Below, in pieces: positions 19,699-30,240 of a stretch of DNA of 58,512 nucleotides (positions are counted from its first letter, which is position 1; every line of letters starts with the position of its first letter). The DNA is from Barthelona sp. PAP020 (lineage: Eukaryota): the NCBI GenBank assembly GCA_040182905.1, contig JARQWU010000007.1, forward strand, positions 1-58,512, read 5' to 3'. The notes below the pieces were generated by a model that ran no database searches, was not told the DNA's origin, and saw only the letters and a list, made by a program, of their open reading frames with translations. The position numbers and the translations under genes were made by a program.

Positions 19699-21351
19699 AT
19701 GTGGGGATGGATTTTTGAATTTTCAATTGCGATTTTGGTTGCAGCATATATAATATTAACATATTGTGACCATAAAAGAACTTCAATTGATGTATATGTT
19801 AGTGCTTTTTTCATGTTTGTTGCATCTTTTGGAATAGTCATTTTAATACCTTTGGATGTGACATATGTTGAAGAAGATAATGCTGCTGATAAAACTATGA
19901 TTACTATATGGTGGATAATATATTGGTTTCAATTTTTTATGGTGTGGCTCATTGTTCCCTTTCAACAAGGTTATTCCAACGCCCCTGATTTTACTCCGTC
20001 GACAAAAGCTATCACTTCTTTGAAGATTAATGCCAAATTTTACACTATAGTGTTATTATCTTCAATTTGTGGTTTAATTGTTGTGTTTTATTTGGGGATA
20101 TTTTCTCCAAAGAACATTGTTGGGGTTTTAATGGGGTTATCTAACGTATGGGCTTTGTTTTTGATAATTCTGAGTCTTGGATATGGGTTGATTGATATTC
20201 CAAGAAGACTTTGGAGAATGCCTGAACATAAGATAGCACAACGAAAGTTAGAAAGAAAATGTATGGTGCGACATGAAAATATGATTGATACTGCTGCTAA
20301 ATTGGAAGCCTTAAAACCGGAAGCCTTTGAATTTTTTGAAAAAGCTATTGATTCACAACAATTTACTGATGCTTTAAAACAAATGCATGAAAAATTACCT
20401 GATTTCTCATTCCCAGACCCCATTATTACCAATGCAAATCGAAACAAAGCGCATAAAGACATTAAAGTGAATGTTTACCGTGATGTTACCTATGAAAAAT
20501 TGGTTGATTTAAACAAAAGATGTATTGCAGCAACTCTTTCTGCCAGGAAAGCAGAAACTGAATGGAAAAAAATAGTTAAAAATTGGATGCGCTTGGAAGC
20601 CTTTCAAGAACAAGATTTTGAATTTGCTTGTGCTCTGTTGGAATTGGAAGGGTTTGAAGCGGTTTTTTTCAAGTATCGAAGAAAATTTGAGAGATATGCC
20701 TTAAAGGGATTAAGCGTGGTTTGTATCACGTTATCAAGCATGATTATTCTTTCTGAAATTACCCTATTCCTTCCTCTTGATATACAACCTTTGAGGGTTC
20801 TATATCAGTTCTTATCCAATAAAAATGTGACATTGGTTTTAATTTATGGACCATTTTTATTTTATATGGCTCTATGTTCTTATTATCCTTTATTTAGACT
20901 CAAAATTTTTGAATTTTACAATGTTTCAAAAGGCAACACAGATCCTTCCTCAATATTGTATCTTGGGTCATATATTTTACGATTGATTGTGCCTCTAACT
21001 TGGAATTTTACGGCTATAATCATTGGGCCTAATTCCACTGCCGCAAAGAGTGCATTTCAATTGGTAATGGGAACCATGGATGTAACCCCTGCTTTGGGAC
21101 AAAGAATAAATGCTTATTTCCCTTTAGCTATGTTGGTAGTATTGGTTATTGTATATACGGAAGTTGTTCAGCGAATCTTTTCCAATTTTAATTTGGGTAG
21201 TTTGTTATGGTCAGAAATTGATGCTGAAGATGACACTTCAGAAGGACACAAATACCTTCAACAAATGAAATTTGAAAAAGAACTTGCTTCATCTTTCAAA
21301 TACAAAATTTCGAGTGACACCTCTTTGTTGCGCAATAACTTTGAAATTTAA
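19699..21351 (+). CDS. LMBR1-domain membrane protein (LMBRD2-like)
   Basis: ILIPLDV, WWIIYWFQFFMVWLIVPFQQGY, LGYGLIDIPRRLW, RLIVPLTWNF and FQLVMGTMDV.P motifs. ATG at 19699. Confidence 0.88.
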   Translation: MWGWIFEFSIAILVAAYIILTYCDHKRTSIDVYVSAFFMFVASFGIVILIPLDVTYVEEDNAADKTMITIWWIIYWFQFFMVWLIVPFQQGYSNAPDFTPSTKAITSLKINAKFYTIVLLSSICGLIVVFYLGIFSPKNIVGVLMGLSNVWALFLIILSLGYGLIDIPRRLWRMPEHKIAQRKLERKCMVRHENMIDTAAKLEALKPEAFEFFEKAIDSQQFTDALKQMHEKLPDFSFPDPIITNANRNKAHKDIKVNVYRDVTYEKLVDLNKRCIAATLSARKAETEWKKIVKNWMRLEAFQEQDFEFACALLELEGFEAVFFKYRRKFERYALKGLSVVCITLSSMIILSEITLFLPLDIQPLRVLYQFLSNKNVTLVLIYGPFLFYMALCSYYPLFRLKIFEFYNVSKGNTDPSSILYLGSYILRLIVPLTWNFTAIIIGPNSTAAKSAFQLVMGTMDVTPALGQRINAYFPLAMLVVLVIVYTEVVQRIFSNFNLGSLLWSEIDAEDDTSEGHKYLQQMKFEKELASSFKYKISSDTSLLRNNFEI

Positions 21352-21439
21352 AGAGTATAAAAGTATAAACATCACCATTTCAATCAATTGGTGAGCATTT
21401 TTCTTTTTAGTTGAACAAAAAATATATCAAAGGTTTGTT

Positions 21440-21772
21440 TTATGAGAGAAAAAAAGTTTTAATGTTGAAAAAAACAATCCACGAAAAGATAAAAATGATT
21501 AAAGCATCTATCCACGCATGACTTAAAAAATTGTATTTGTTAATAAAATATGAATCAACATTTTTAATTTGTAAAAATAATACCAATAATCCAATAAATT
21601 GACATACACACAATAATAAAATTCCTTTTATGAAACTTGATGGAGCAATTATTTGAATAATTGAACAAAAAATAGAAATTAATATTTTAATCAATCCCAA
21701 TATCCTTAAATTATTTCGAAAGACTTGTTTTGATTTTGTAGAATGTTGATCAATCGATAAAACATGAAACAT
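21440..21772 (-). CDS. EMC6: ER membrane complex subunit EMC6-like
   Basis: 110 aa with 3 TM segments. NN...IK..IS.....G.......SYF.....F......FIFSWIVFF pattern as in EMC6. ATG at 21772. Confidence 0.6.
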   Translation of the reverse strand: MFHVLSIDQHSTKSKQVFRNNLRILGLIKILISIFCSIIQIIAPSSFIKGILLLCVCQFIGLLVLFLQIKNVDSYFINKYNFLSHAWIDALIIFIFSWIVFFNIKTFFLS

Positions 21773-22273
21773 ATTTGCTTGAATCGAACAAAAAAAAGGA
21801 AGTTTTTTTTTTTTTTTCATTTTGCCCTTTAAATTAAACATTGCACCTTTTTTTTTATTCAAAACACATGAAAATCGAATAATTTTTTGTTTCAAACCTT
21901 TATACAACACAGAATAAAATTATAACAATTTTCAATTGGAGAACTTTTCAAACAACAAAAAATTAGACAAATCAACAATTTTACAAAAACCTTTAAAATT
22001 AAAAGAAGAAAAAATCTCAATACAAGTGAATTTACATCCAAATTAAAGTACGTGCAACAACGTTTGGCATTCAAAAACTTTAATGATTTCAACGTTCTAT
22101 CTATAATTTTTTTCACAAGCATAGATTAAACAAAACAAAAAAAAAGTTGAAAAATTCAAATTTTGAAATCAAACATCTAAACCCAAAAGACAATCAAAAT
22201 AAATCAATTCACCAGTGAAACGACGCGTTAAAACATTATTGAAAAATGTTTGCAACAAAAAACTACAAAAAAA

Positions 22274-22885
22274 TCATGTCGACAAAGCAGAAGTATGTTG
22301 AGAAGACTTGAAAGATGAATCAAAAAAAGGCTTTGTGTAACTCACCTCATTAAATCTGCAAAAAGAATGACAAGAAGCTAAATAACAATACTTTTGATCA
22401 AGTATACTTAAAAATGACTCGTATTCATCTAAACTAATCTTCAATGAAAACTTCAGCAAAAACAACAATTCAAGCTCTAAATTATTAAATTCTTCGATAC
22501 ATATTCCTCCAACTTTCGAATAATGATCATTTGTATAAAACTTATCATCAAAAAATTTTGCCGCCAAGGTGACTGCCATAACAAACAACCTATGAAAATT
22601 GTATTCCGTCAAATAAAAGTTCTTGTTAGTTCTTAAAATTCGATCAATAAATATTCCAGCTCCAATAAAAGCGCTTGCACTGCATTTTGAATAGATAGCA
22701 ACTCTTTGGATGTATTGACTTACCGAAATCGAAGGCTTTGCAATCGACATGAAAGGATCAACTTGAGGCGAACCACTATAATAGCATTCATATTCTTCTT
22801 CACAAAAAACAGGTCCTATATATTGATTTTTCAAATAATCTGAATAAATTAACACCATTTTGGTGATTATATCATCGTGTGGCAT
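22274..22885 (-). CDS. P/U-type (PHO80-like) cyclin
   Basis: KPSISVSQYIQRV..YSKCS, NFHRLFVMAVTLAAKFFDD.FYTNDHYSKVGGI..EFNNLELELLFLLKF. Confidence 0.92.
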   Translation of the reverse strand: MPHDDIITKMVLIYSDYLKNQYIGPVFCEEEYECYYSGSPQVDPFMSIAKPSISVSQYIQRVAIYSKCSASAFIGAGIFIDRILRTNKNFYLTEYNFHRLFVMAVTLAAKFFDDKFYTNDHYSKVGGICIEEFNNLELELLFLLKFSLKISLDEYESFLSILDQKYCYLASCHSFCRFNEVSYTKPFFDSSFKSSQHTSALST

Positions 22886-23175
22886 ATAATTACTAATAAT
22901 CGATTTGTTAAATATAATAACAATTAAAAAAAAAACTCAATTTATCCAAAATTATTAACAGTTTTTGGCAATTTATTTCAACATTTTGTCATATATTCAT
23001 CCGCATTTTGAGTGACTAGTCTAATTAAAATTGGATTATTTTTGCTTTTTTGTTTGTTAGTAATGGTGAAAAGTTTTCTTTTTTTTTCCAATTAAAAAAA
23101 TTTTTTTCAAAAAACAAACAACAAACAATTTATCACAAGCAAAAAACAAATATATATATATAAGTACAAATCATT

Positions 23176-23727
23176 TTAATTGTTATTACCAGATAATTCA
23201 GAACCCAACCAATAAAAAGCATCCTGAATACCATCATAAGTTAAAGCACTCGTTTCAAAAACTCTAATGACTCGATCAGTATAAACACCTAAATCCAGAG
23301 CATCATACAGTTCTTCAGACCCAACATAACCATCTTTGTCTGATTTATTGTCAAGAACCATGATGGGCATGTTTTCAGTTCCTTTTGCAGTAAGAACTTT
23401 TTCTAATTCTTTTTTAGCAATTGGAAACCTTCCAGGATCATCACCTGCGACAACAAACACAACAGCTTCAGCACGATCATAATAATAAACCCACAATGGA
23501 CGAATCCTGTGTTGACCACCTATATCATAAACTTCGAAAGAAAAATTACCTAATTGAACAGTATCAGAATAATAACCAATAGTAGGAGCAGTAGCTATTT
23601 GTATATTTGGATTGGATAATTTTTGAAGAATACTGCTTTTTCCAGCGGCATCCAAACCGAGGAATAAGAAGGTCATATCCTTATTACCAAACCACTTACT
23701 AAAAGTCTTTGAAAACCAATTTCCCAT
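23176..23727 (-). CDS. Arf/Arl-family small GTPase
   Basis: Myristoylation start MGNWFSK, GLDAAGKS, PTIG, DIGGQ.RIRPLW, NKSD, ETSA. ATG at 23727. Confidence 0.92.
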   Translation of the reverse strand: MGNWFSKTFSKWFGNKDMTFLFLGLDAAGKSSILQKLSNPNIQIATAPTIGYYSDTVQLGNFSFEVYDIGGQHRIRPLWVYYYDRAEAVVFVVAGDDPGRFPIAKKELEKVLTAKGTENMPIMVLDNKSDKDGYVGSEELYDALDLGVYTDRVIRVFETSALTYDGIQDAFYWLGSELSGNNN

Positions 23728-23865
23728 TAAAAAAAAAGAAATAATTATTTTTTTGTGAAAATCAAAATGATCGTTAGTCATAATTAAAAAAACTCTGATA
23801 AATTTGTTTCACTTAAATAGGTTTACAATGCAAAATAAAAAAGATTTCTCAAAGATTTTTTTGTT

Positions 23866-24588
23866 ATGTTGGAATCAAACGAAAAAAAAAAAGTTTGTTC
23901 TAGATTTCGCATCAGAGCACATGCAAATCCATTAAGTGATTTAGATATTGATCATTCTGAATCTCCTGAAGAATTTCAAAAAAATTTAGAGTTTTACTTT
24001 CCTTGTTTACAAAATAGTAATTGGGATGGTGAAAGAAAAATAACTATTGCTGATATTGGTTCTGGTTTTGGTGGATTGTTGCCCTATTTAAGTAGATTAT
24101 TTCCCAAAGATCTTGTGTTAGGTTTAGAAATCAGAAATCAAGCGGTTGAATATACAGAACATAGGTTGGAAAGACATAGAGAGCTTGAAAAAGTTGAATA
24201 TGGAAATGTTAAAGCAATAAATGCAAACACGATGAAATTTGGTCATCGCTATTTCTTTCCACATTCGTTAAAGAAATTGTTTATTTTATTTCCTGATCCT
24301 CAATTTAAGAAATCTAGTCTACGTCGAAGAATAGTATCTTCAGCCTTATTGGATGAATACGCTTTCTTTTTGGAAAGTGGTGGTAAAATATACGTATGTT
24401 CAGACCAAAAAGAAGTTGCTGATTGGATGATATATCATCTTGATCAACATCCAGCGTTTAAAAAAATTCCTGAGGATATTGCAAGATTGGATTTATGTCA
24501 TCTGTTAATTCAAAACGTTACTGGTGATGCTGAGAGGGCAAGAAAACGAGGATTGGATGTTTATCCTGCGATATTTGAAAGAAAATAG
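23866..24588 (+). CDS. TRM8: tRNA (guanine-N7)-methyltransferase Trm8/METTL1
   Basis: RAHANPLSD, ADIGSGFGGLL, LGLEIR, NTMKF, LFPDPQFKK...RRIVS motifs. Confidence 0.95.
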   Translation: MLESNEKKKVCSRFRIRAHANPLSDLDIDHSESPEEFQKNLEFYFPCLQNSNWDGERKITIADIGSGFGGLLPYLSRLFPKDLVLGLEIRNQAVEYTEHRLERHRELEKVEYGNVKAINANTMKFGHRYFFPHSLKKLFILFPDPQFKKSSLRRRIVSSALLDEYAFFLESGGKIYVCSDQKEVADWMIYHLDQHPAFKKIPEDIARLDLCHLLIQNVTGDAERARKRGLDVYPAIFERK

Positions 24589-24737
24589 AGTTTTTACAAT
24601 TCTCACAAATTTTTAAATAAATTTTGAAATTTCTATTTTTTTTTTATCAGCCCAAAAACTTCTCATTCAAAAATAAAGAAAAAAACTTTTCTTAATTTTA
24701 CTATTGGTTTGAAAGGTCATTAGGATTAGAACAATAA

Positions 24738-25155
24738 AATGTGGAAGTTCATGCTCAATGAACGGAATTTATTGGAGATATAAAGAGGTCATCAAATATC
24801 ACTTCCTTTATTTGTTGTTTCTTGACCATCTTTAGGTCCAATTTTTTAAGTTACTTGGGCATCTGAATCCACGTGAGTTTTTCCCAAACCTTAAGCTAAC
24901 TCGTTTCGTTGTTCACTGAACAACTCATACCTCATAAATATCTAATAATGTGGAAGTTCATGCTCAATGAACGGAATTTATTGGAGATATAAAGAGGTCA
25001 TCAAATATCACTTCCTTTATTTGTTGTTTCTTGACCATCTTTAGGTCCAATTTTTTAAGTTACTTGGGCATCTGAATCCACGTGAGTTTTCCCCAAACCT
25101 TAAGCTAACTCGTTTCGTTGTTCACTGAACAACTCATACCTCATAAATATCTAAT
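24738..25155. repeat. Tandem duplication, 2 x 209 bp (24738-24946 and 24947-25155)
   Basis: The copies are identical except T24882/C25091. AATAAAAT flanks the array on both sides and AATAAT sits at the junction. Confidence 0.95.
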
Positions 25156-25376
25156 AAAATCAATTCATTTTGAAGTTGATTAAGAAAAGAGAAATTTGAA
25201 TATGAGAACCAAAAGAAAGTGAAAAGTTAATAAAGGACCAGCTTTATCATACGTCTTTAAGTGAAAAAACTTATTCTTTAAAAAAAAAGACCAATTTACA
25301 AAATTTTTTAATTTTTTTAATTTTTTTAATTTTATTTAATTTCATCCAAAATTGATGTTTGTTTGTTCAACCGAAT

Positions 25377-27104
25377 TCAATCAATTCTAGGAAGAGAAGG
25401 CGTTGCAATTTTGCTTAATTGATCTAAATATTCATTCATACGTTTTTGAATTGTTTCATCCAGTTTGTCTGCAGGATTTTGCAGATAAATACCAGGTGTT
25501 GCACTCTTTTTCCTTAAAATAGCAGGTGTTGGAACTTCTCTAATTGTTGGAGAAAAACAAGGCTGTTTAACCAAACCGAATAATTCATCAGCTTCCAAAA
25601 TCTTTGCAATTGATTCTTGAGCAGACATTTCCATTTTCCATTTGCCCTCATATAAACGTTCGACTTTTACTATCTTACCTTTTGAACGAGTGTATTTTGT
25701 ATCGCTCCAAATGACACTTTTTTTCAAAACAACAGAAACACCAGCAAAAAACATGAAAAACAGATGAACGATAAATCCAAAAAATTGGTTAACATTGAAA
25801 ATGTTACTTGTTTTACTTAAAAAATTTTCATCTGGGTTCAACACATCAATTAGCTTACTGATCGACTTTGTAGTGAAAATAAAAATTTCATTCAATAATA
25901 CAAAAGATAAAGCATTAAAAACAGAAAATGAAAGGTAAATACCTTCCAAACTTTTAAAATACTCAAGATCTATGAAACCACATGTGTAGTCGTAAATAAA
26001 ATTATAGAAAATTATCACATTAAAAACCATGCTAACAACGAATGGAATAAACACCAAAGGAAAAGAAAATAACAATAGCACCAGCAGATTTCGATTTTTA
26101 ACTCGATCATAATCTGAAGAATACAAAGTCATTACGAAATATTGTCTTTTGATGAAGTTGAAATATTTTCTGAAGTTATCAGTCAGTGGATTCGCAAATA
26201 TTGCTGTTTTTGGACATAATAATCGACGACCATTTTTAATGCTTAACTTTGAAATTAGGGTATCATCTGAATATCCTCCATCTCTCCAAACATCATTGAT
26301 TCCATAATCATTTCTTCTAAAAGAAGATAAGCGCAACACCAAGAACCCACCCCAGAGATGTTCACAATTTTCATTAGTAAATGCGGTGTAATTCATCAAT
26401 CGGTAAATCATGTGAGCATATGAAAATATTGAAGCATTGGCAGGATATTCAAAAACATACCCTGTTGAACCAAAAACATCACAATCCTCTTTACTCTCCA
26501 ATCTTTCAACAAAAGTAGTCAAAGTACCAGGATTTAGCTGAATATCATCATCAATGAAAAAGGCATACTTTGATCTTTTATTTGCATACCTTATACCACA
26601 CATTTGATTGTGAATCTTTTGTGCATTATGATGAGTTCTACCAGCATAAACTATTCGAGTATAGAGATGAATGAATCTACTATCCTCCAGCACACAATTT
26701 AGTTCTTCTAAAGCTGGATCATTTTCACTCTCCACAACAAAAATGTATTCAACTGATCCACCGTAAATGCATGACAATTGGTTTTCCCAATTTTGCTTCG
26801 ATTTATCATGAATTCCTTTAATACAAAAAATCAAACTGATCATTGGTAACGTTACACGATGTTCATGTTCGAATTCATCCAATTTTTCAGAAAAAAAAGA
26901 AAATGGATTGGATTGACCATGTTCTTTTATTTTTTTATAGCAATTTTTTCTTGAATTGCCTAATTTAACAAATATAATGCCAATTATCAATGAAACAACC
27001 ATTGAATGTAAAAAAAAAATTAGGGGGATTTTGTCATACATAACGATAATTTTTTTGACATTTGTCATGGCTTCAATAGCATAAGGAATTTCAATTCCTA
27101 CCAT
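25377..27104 (-). CDS. Glucosylceramide synthase, plant-type (GT21)
   Basis: YGGSVEYIFVVESENDPA, QKIHNQ, FIDDDIQLNPGT, TGY, LWGG, DGGYSDD motifs as in plant GCS. Confidence 0.85.
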   Translation of the reverse strand: MVGIEIPYAIEAMTNVKKIIVMYDKIPLIFFLHSMVVSLIIGIIFVKLGNSRKNCYKKIKEHGQSNPFSFFSEKLDEFEHEHRVTLPMISLIFCIKGIHDKSKQNWENQLSCIYGGSVEYIFVVESENDPALEELNCVLEDSRFIHLYTRIVYAGRTHHNAQKIHNQMCGIRYANKRSKYAFFIDDDIQLNPGTLTTFVERLESKEDCDVFGSTGYVFEYPANASIFSYAHMIYRLMNYTAFTNENCEHLWGGFLVLRLSSFRRNDYGINDVWRDGGYSDDTLISKLSIKNGRRLLCPKTAIFANPLTDNFRKYFNFIKRQYFVMTLYSSDYDRVKNRNLLVLLLFSFPLVFIPFVVSMVFNVIIFYNFIYDYTCGFIDLEYFKSLEGIYLSFSVFNALSFVLLNEIFIFTTKSISKLIDVLNPDENFLSKTSNIFNVNQFFGFIVHLFFMFFAGVSVVLKKSVIWSDTKYTRSKGKIVKVERLYEGKWKMEMSAQESIAKILEADELFGLVKQPCFSPTIREVPTPAILRKKSATPGIYLQNPADKLDETIQKRMNEYLDQLSKIATPSLPRID

Positions 27105-27323
27105 ATTAAAAATAAATACAATTTAATCATTTGCCAATCCATACTAACTATAGATTGAAAAGGTTGGTATATGTTATCACAACATTAAACATCCATCTTC
27201 ATTCAGTACATAACATTTTTTGCGATGAGTATTAAAGAATTATCTAGTAATACATGGTAGACTCGATTAAGACCAAAAATCGACATTTGTTCTAATTTTT
27301 TTTTTACAGTTAAGACACTTAAA

Positions 27324-28064
27324 ATGGGAATGCAAGTCACTGCTTTTGAAAATTGTCCTGATGTTGGTGTTTTTGCCATGTTGACAAATACCTATTGTTT
27401 GTGTGCACAAAGCCATTCAGTCAATTTCTATTCTGCATTACAAGAAGTTCTCGGTGATCATATTCCAATTATTCGTACATCCATTAATGAAACTACATTA
27501 GTTGGTGCCTATGCTGTTGGAAACAGATATGGATTACTTTTGCCTTCTGTTGTTACTGACAGTGAATTGATGCATATACGTAATAGTCTTCCTGATGAAG
27601 TTAGGATAGTTCGTATTGATCAACCTTTGTTATTAAATAATTTTGTTGCTTGTAATGATTCCGTTGCTCTGATTTCTCCAGATCTTAGTCCTGAAATTGA
27701 AGCTATTGTTCAAGATGTACTTCAAGTTGAAACTTATAGACAAGCCATTGGAAATGAAAATTTAGTTGGTTCTTTTTGCAGAATTACAAATCAAGGTGGT
27801 TTATTTGCTCCTTTTGTTTCTAAAAATGAATTGATGGAATTAACCAATATGTTACAAATTAAGTTATCGAATGGTACTATAATGGGTTCTAGTACTATAG
27901 CTTCTGGTTTATTAGTGAATGATTGGGCCATGATCATTGGTGAAGATGCTGGAGCTGCTGAAATACATGTTGCTCAAAAGACATTCAATGTCAATGTTAC
28001 ACAATTAGATGGTGATGACATGATGAAACTAATGTCTGAACAAATTTTATTACAAAAATTGTAA
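27324..28064 (+). CDS. EIF6: Translation factor eIF6
   Basis: FEN..DVGVFAMLTNTYCL, GNRYGLLLP, ELMHIRNSLPDEV, ACNDSVAL, VGSFC..TNQGGL, GLLVNDW. Confidence 0.96.
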   Translation: MGMQVTAFENCPDVGVFAMLTNTYCLCAQSHSVNFYSALQEVLGDHIPIIRTSINETTLVGAYAVGNRYGLLLPSVVTDSELMHIRNSLPDEVRIVRIDQPLLLNNFVACNDSVALISPDLSPEIEAIVQDVLQVETYRQAIGNENLVGSFCRITNQGGLFAPFVSKNELMELTNMLQIKLSNGTIMGSSTIASGLLVNDWAMIIGEDAGAAEIHVAQKTFNVNVTQLDGDDMMKLMSEQILLQKL

Positions 28065-28197
28065 ATAACATATACGGTTTTTCAGTTATCTTTTCTTTTT
28101 TTACATTTTTTTGTTTGTTCAAGGCTGTAAAAAACAAAAAAAAAAGGAAGTTCACAAAAAAGTGATTAAAGCTTTTTCCTTTTTAATAACTTTATGA

Positions 28198-30240
28198 ATG
28201 AACAAACAATCCAAACAAGATGTTGATAAAGTTAGCTCTCTAACAAATCAAAGATGTTTTACATCAAAACAATTGAAAAAATTACCAATATATGATTCTG
28301 AGGAAGAAATATTAGATTTGATTGGGAAGAATCAATTTGTTGTCATTCAAGGTGCAACAGGAAGTGGAAAATCAACACAATTACCAATAATATTAAGAAA
28401 TGCTGGATATTGCAAAGATGGAAAAAAAATATGTTGCACACAACCAAGAAGAGTAGCTGCAATGTCAGTTGCAACTCGAGTATCTGAAGAATTAGGTGAA
28501 AAAAGTGTTGGAGGATTATGTGGGTATAACATCAGATTTGAAAGATGCATTAGCAGTAGAAGTGAAATTGTTTACATGACTGATGGTATGTTACTTAGAG
28601 AATTCTTTGTTGATCCTGATTTATCTAATTATTCTGTGGTCATTTTGGATGAATCCCATGAACGTACTATTCAAACAGATATATTATTTGCACTGTTGAA
28701 AGAAATATGTAAAGTGAGAGAAGAACTGAAAGTTTTAATTTGTTCCGCAACTTTAAATGTTGAAAAATTTCAAAAATATTTTAACAATGCTCCATTTATT
28801 GAAATCCCCGGACGAATGTTTAAAGTTGACACATTTTATCAAAAAACACCAGTTTCTAACTATATTCTTACATGTATTCAAATGATTTTGCATTTGCATG
28901 TTGTGGAACCGTTGCCTGGTGATATTCTAGTTTTTTTACCTGGACAAGATATTATCGAAGAAATGTATGAAGCGATTGAAGATAATTTACGTGAGTTAGG
29001 ATCAAATGTAAGGGAGTTGATTCCATTACAAATCTATGCCAATTTGCCCTCTGAAGAACAAAGAAAAATTTTTTTGAAAACACCAGAAAATGCCCGTAAG
29101 GTTGTTCTAGCCACAAATATTGCAGAAACTTCAATTACCATACCTGGAATTAAATATGTGATTGATCCTGGTTTTGAAAAGCAAAACCAATTTAATGCTT
29201 TAACAGGTCAACAAAATTTGGTTATAGTTCCTATCAGTAAAGCTTCTGCAGAGCAACGCAAAGGTCGTGCTGGACGTCTTTCTGAAGGAAAATGTTATCG
29301 TATTTATACAAGATATATTTTTGATAAAGAGTTGCCTTTACAACAACAACCTGAAATAGAACGCTCTGATTTGGATATGATTGTTTTATTTTTGAAAAAT
29401 TTGGGGATAAATAATATGCAAACTTTTGATTTCATTGATAAACCAGCAAAACAGAATCTTCTTGCCAGTTTTCAGAATTTATATGCTTTAGGATTATTAA
29501 ACCACGCAACAATTCTTACAACTTTAGGTGAAAAAGTGGCTACTTTTCCTGTTGAACCTGCAATCGGTGTTTGTATTTGTAAATCAGAAAAATTCAATTG
29601 TGTTTCTGAAATATTGACAATTGTTTCGATGATGCAAGTATATTCGTCATTATTCACTAGAAATAAAGATTCAAATCAAATTTTATCTCGCTTTTTCGAT
29701 CCAACGGGTGATCATATTACTTTATTACATATTTATAATGCTTGGAATTTAAATAAAGGAATTAGAGGTTGGGCAAAGGATAATTGTTTGCAATTGAGGT
29801 CTTTACAACGTGCAGAACTTATTAGAAGACAGTTGGTCACTTTATGTTGGCAAGCAAATGTTAATCCTGAATTATCTTGTAATGATACTCAAGTTATTTT
29901 AAAAGCGTTGTTATCAGGATTTTTTTTGAAAATTGCTGTGTTGGCAAGAGATGGTACTTATCGTTCTTTTCGTCGTTCTGTAGAAGTTCAACCTCATCCC
30001 AATTCAGTTGTAAATATTCAAGTAAAAACTAAAGGTAAAATTCCTTCCAAATGGTTGTTATTTGGAGAAATGGTTCTTACATCCAGAAATTATTTGCGTT
30101 GTGTCAGTTTCATTGAAGATTCAATGTTTGTGGAGACAGTTCCGGAATATTTTAGAAAATTGAAAAATGAGGAAGACCCCTCCAAAGAAAAACCAAAAAT
30201 TAAGAGCAAATCAATAAAAATAAAGACAATAGTTCAATAA
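28198..30240 (+). CDS. Spliceosomal DEAH helicase, Prp2/DHX16-like
   Basis: GATGSGKST, TQPRRVAAMSVA, MTDGMLLREF, DESHER, SAT, PGDILVFLPGQ, IYANLPSE (DHX16-type), ATNIAETSITI, QRKGRAGR. Confidence 0.88.
   Translation: MNKQSKQDVDKVSSLTNQRCFTSKQLKKLPIYDSEEEILDLIGKNQFVVIQGATGSGKSTQLPIILRNAGYCKDGKKICCTQPRRVAAMSVATRVSEELGEKSVGGLCGYNIRFERCISSRSEIVYMTDGMLLREFFVDPDLSNYSVVILDESHERTIQTDILFALLKEICKVREELKVLICSATLNVEKFQKYFNNAPFIEIPGRMFKVDTFYQKTPVSNYILTCIQMILHLHVVEPLPGDILVFLPGQDIIEEMYEAIEDNLRELGSNVRELIPLQIYANLPSEEQRKIFLKTPENARKVVLATNIAETSITIPGIKYVIDPGFEKQNQFNALTGQQNLVIVPISKASAEQRKGRAGRLSEGKCYRIYTRYIFDKELPLQQQPEIERSDLDMIVLFLKNLGINNMQTFDFIDKPAKQNLLASFQNLYALGLLNHATILTTLGEKVATFPVEPAIGVCICKSEKFNCVSEILTIVSMMQVYSSLFTRNKDSNQILSRFFDPTGDHITLLHIYNAWNLNKGIRGWAKDNCLQLRSLQRAELIRRQLVTLCWQANVNPELSCNDTQVILKALLSGFFLKIAVLARDGTYRSFRRSVEVQPHPNSVVNIQVKTKGKIPSKWLLFGEMVLTSRNYLRCVSFIEDSMFVETVPEYFRKLKNEEDPSKEKPKIKSKSIKIKTIVQ

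Noticed and set aside
21892..22273. 76-aa ORF and an ACGCGT (MCB-like) word in the EMC6-cyclin spacer
   Set aside because: Low-complexity ORF with no motifs. The single hexamer lies 3' of the cyclin rather than in its promoter.
24738..25155. CRISPR array or LTR pair
   Set aside because: Two adjacent near-identical 209-bp units with no spacers, no TG...CA ends, no internal region and no cas or pol genes.
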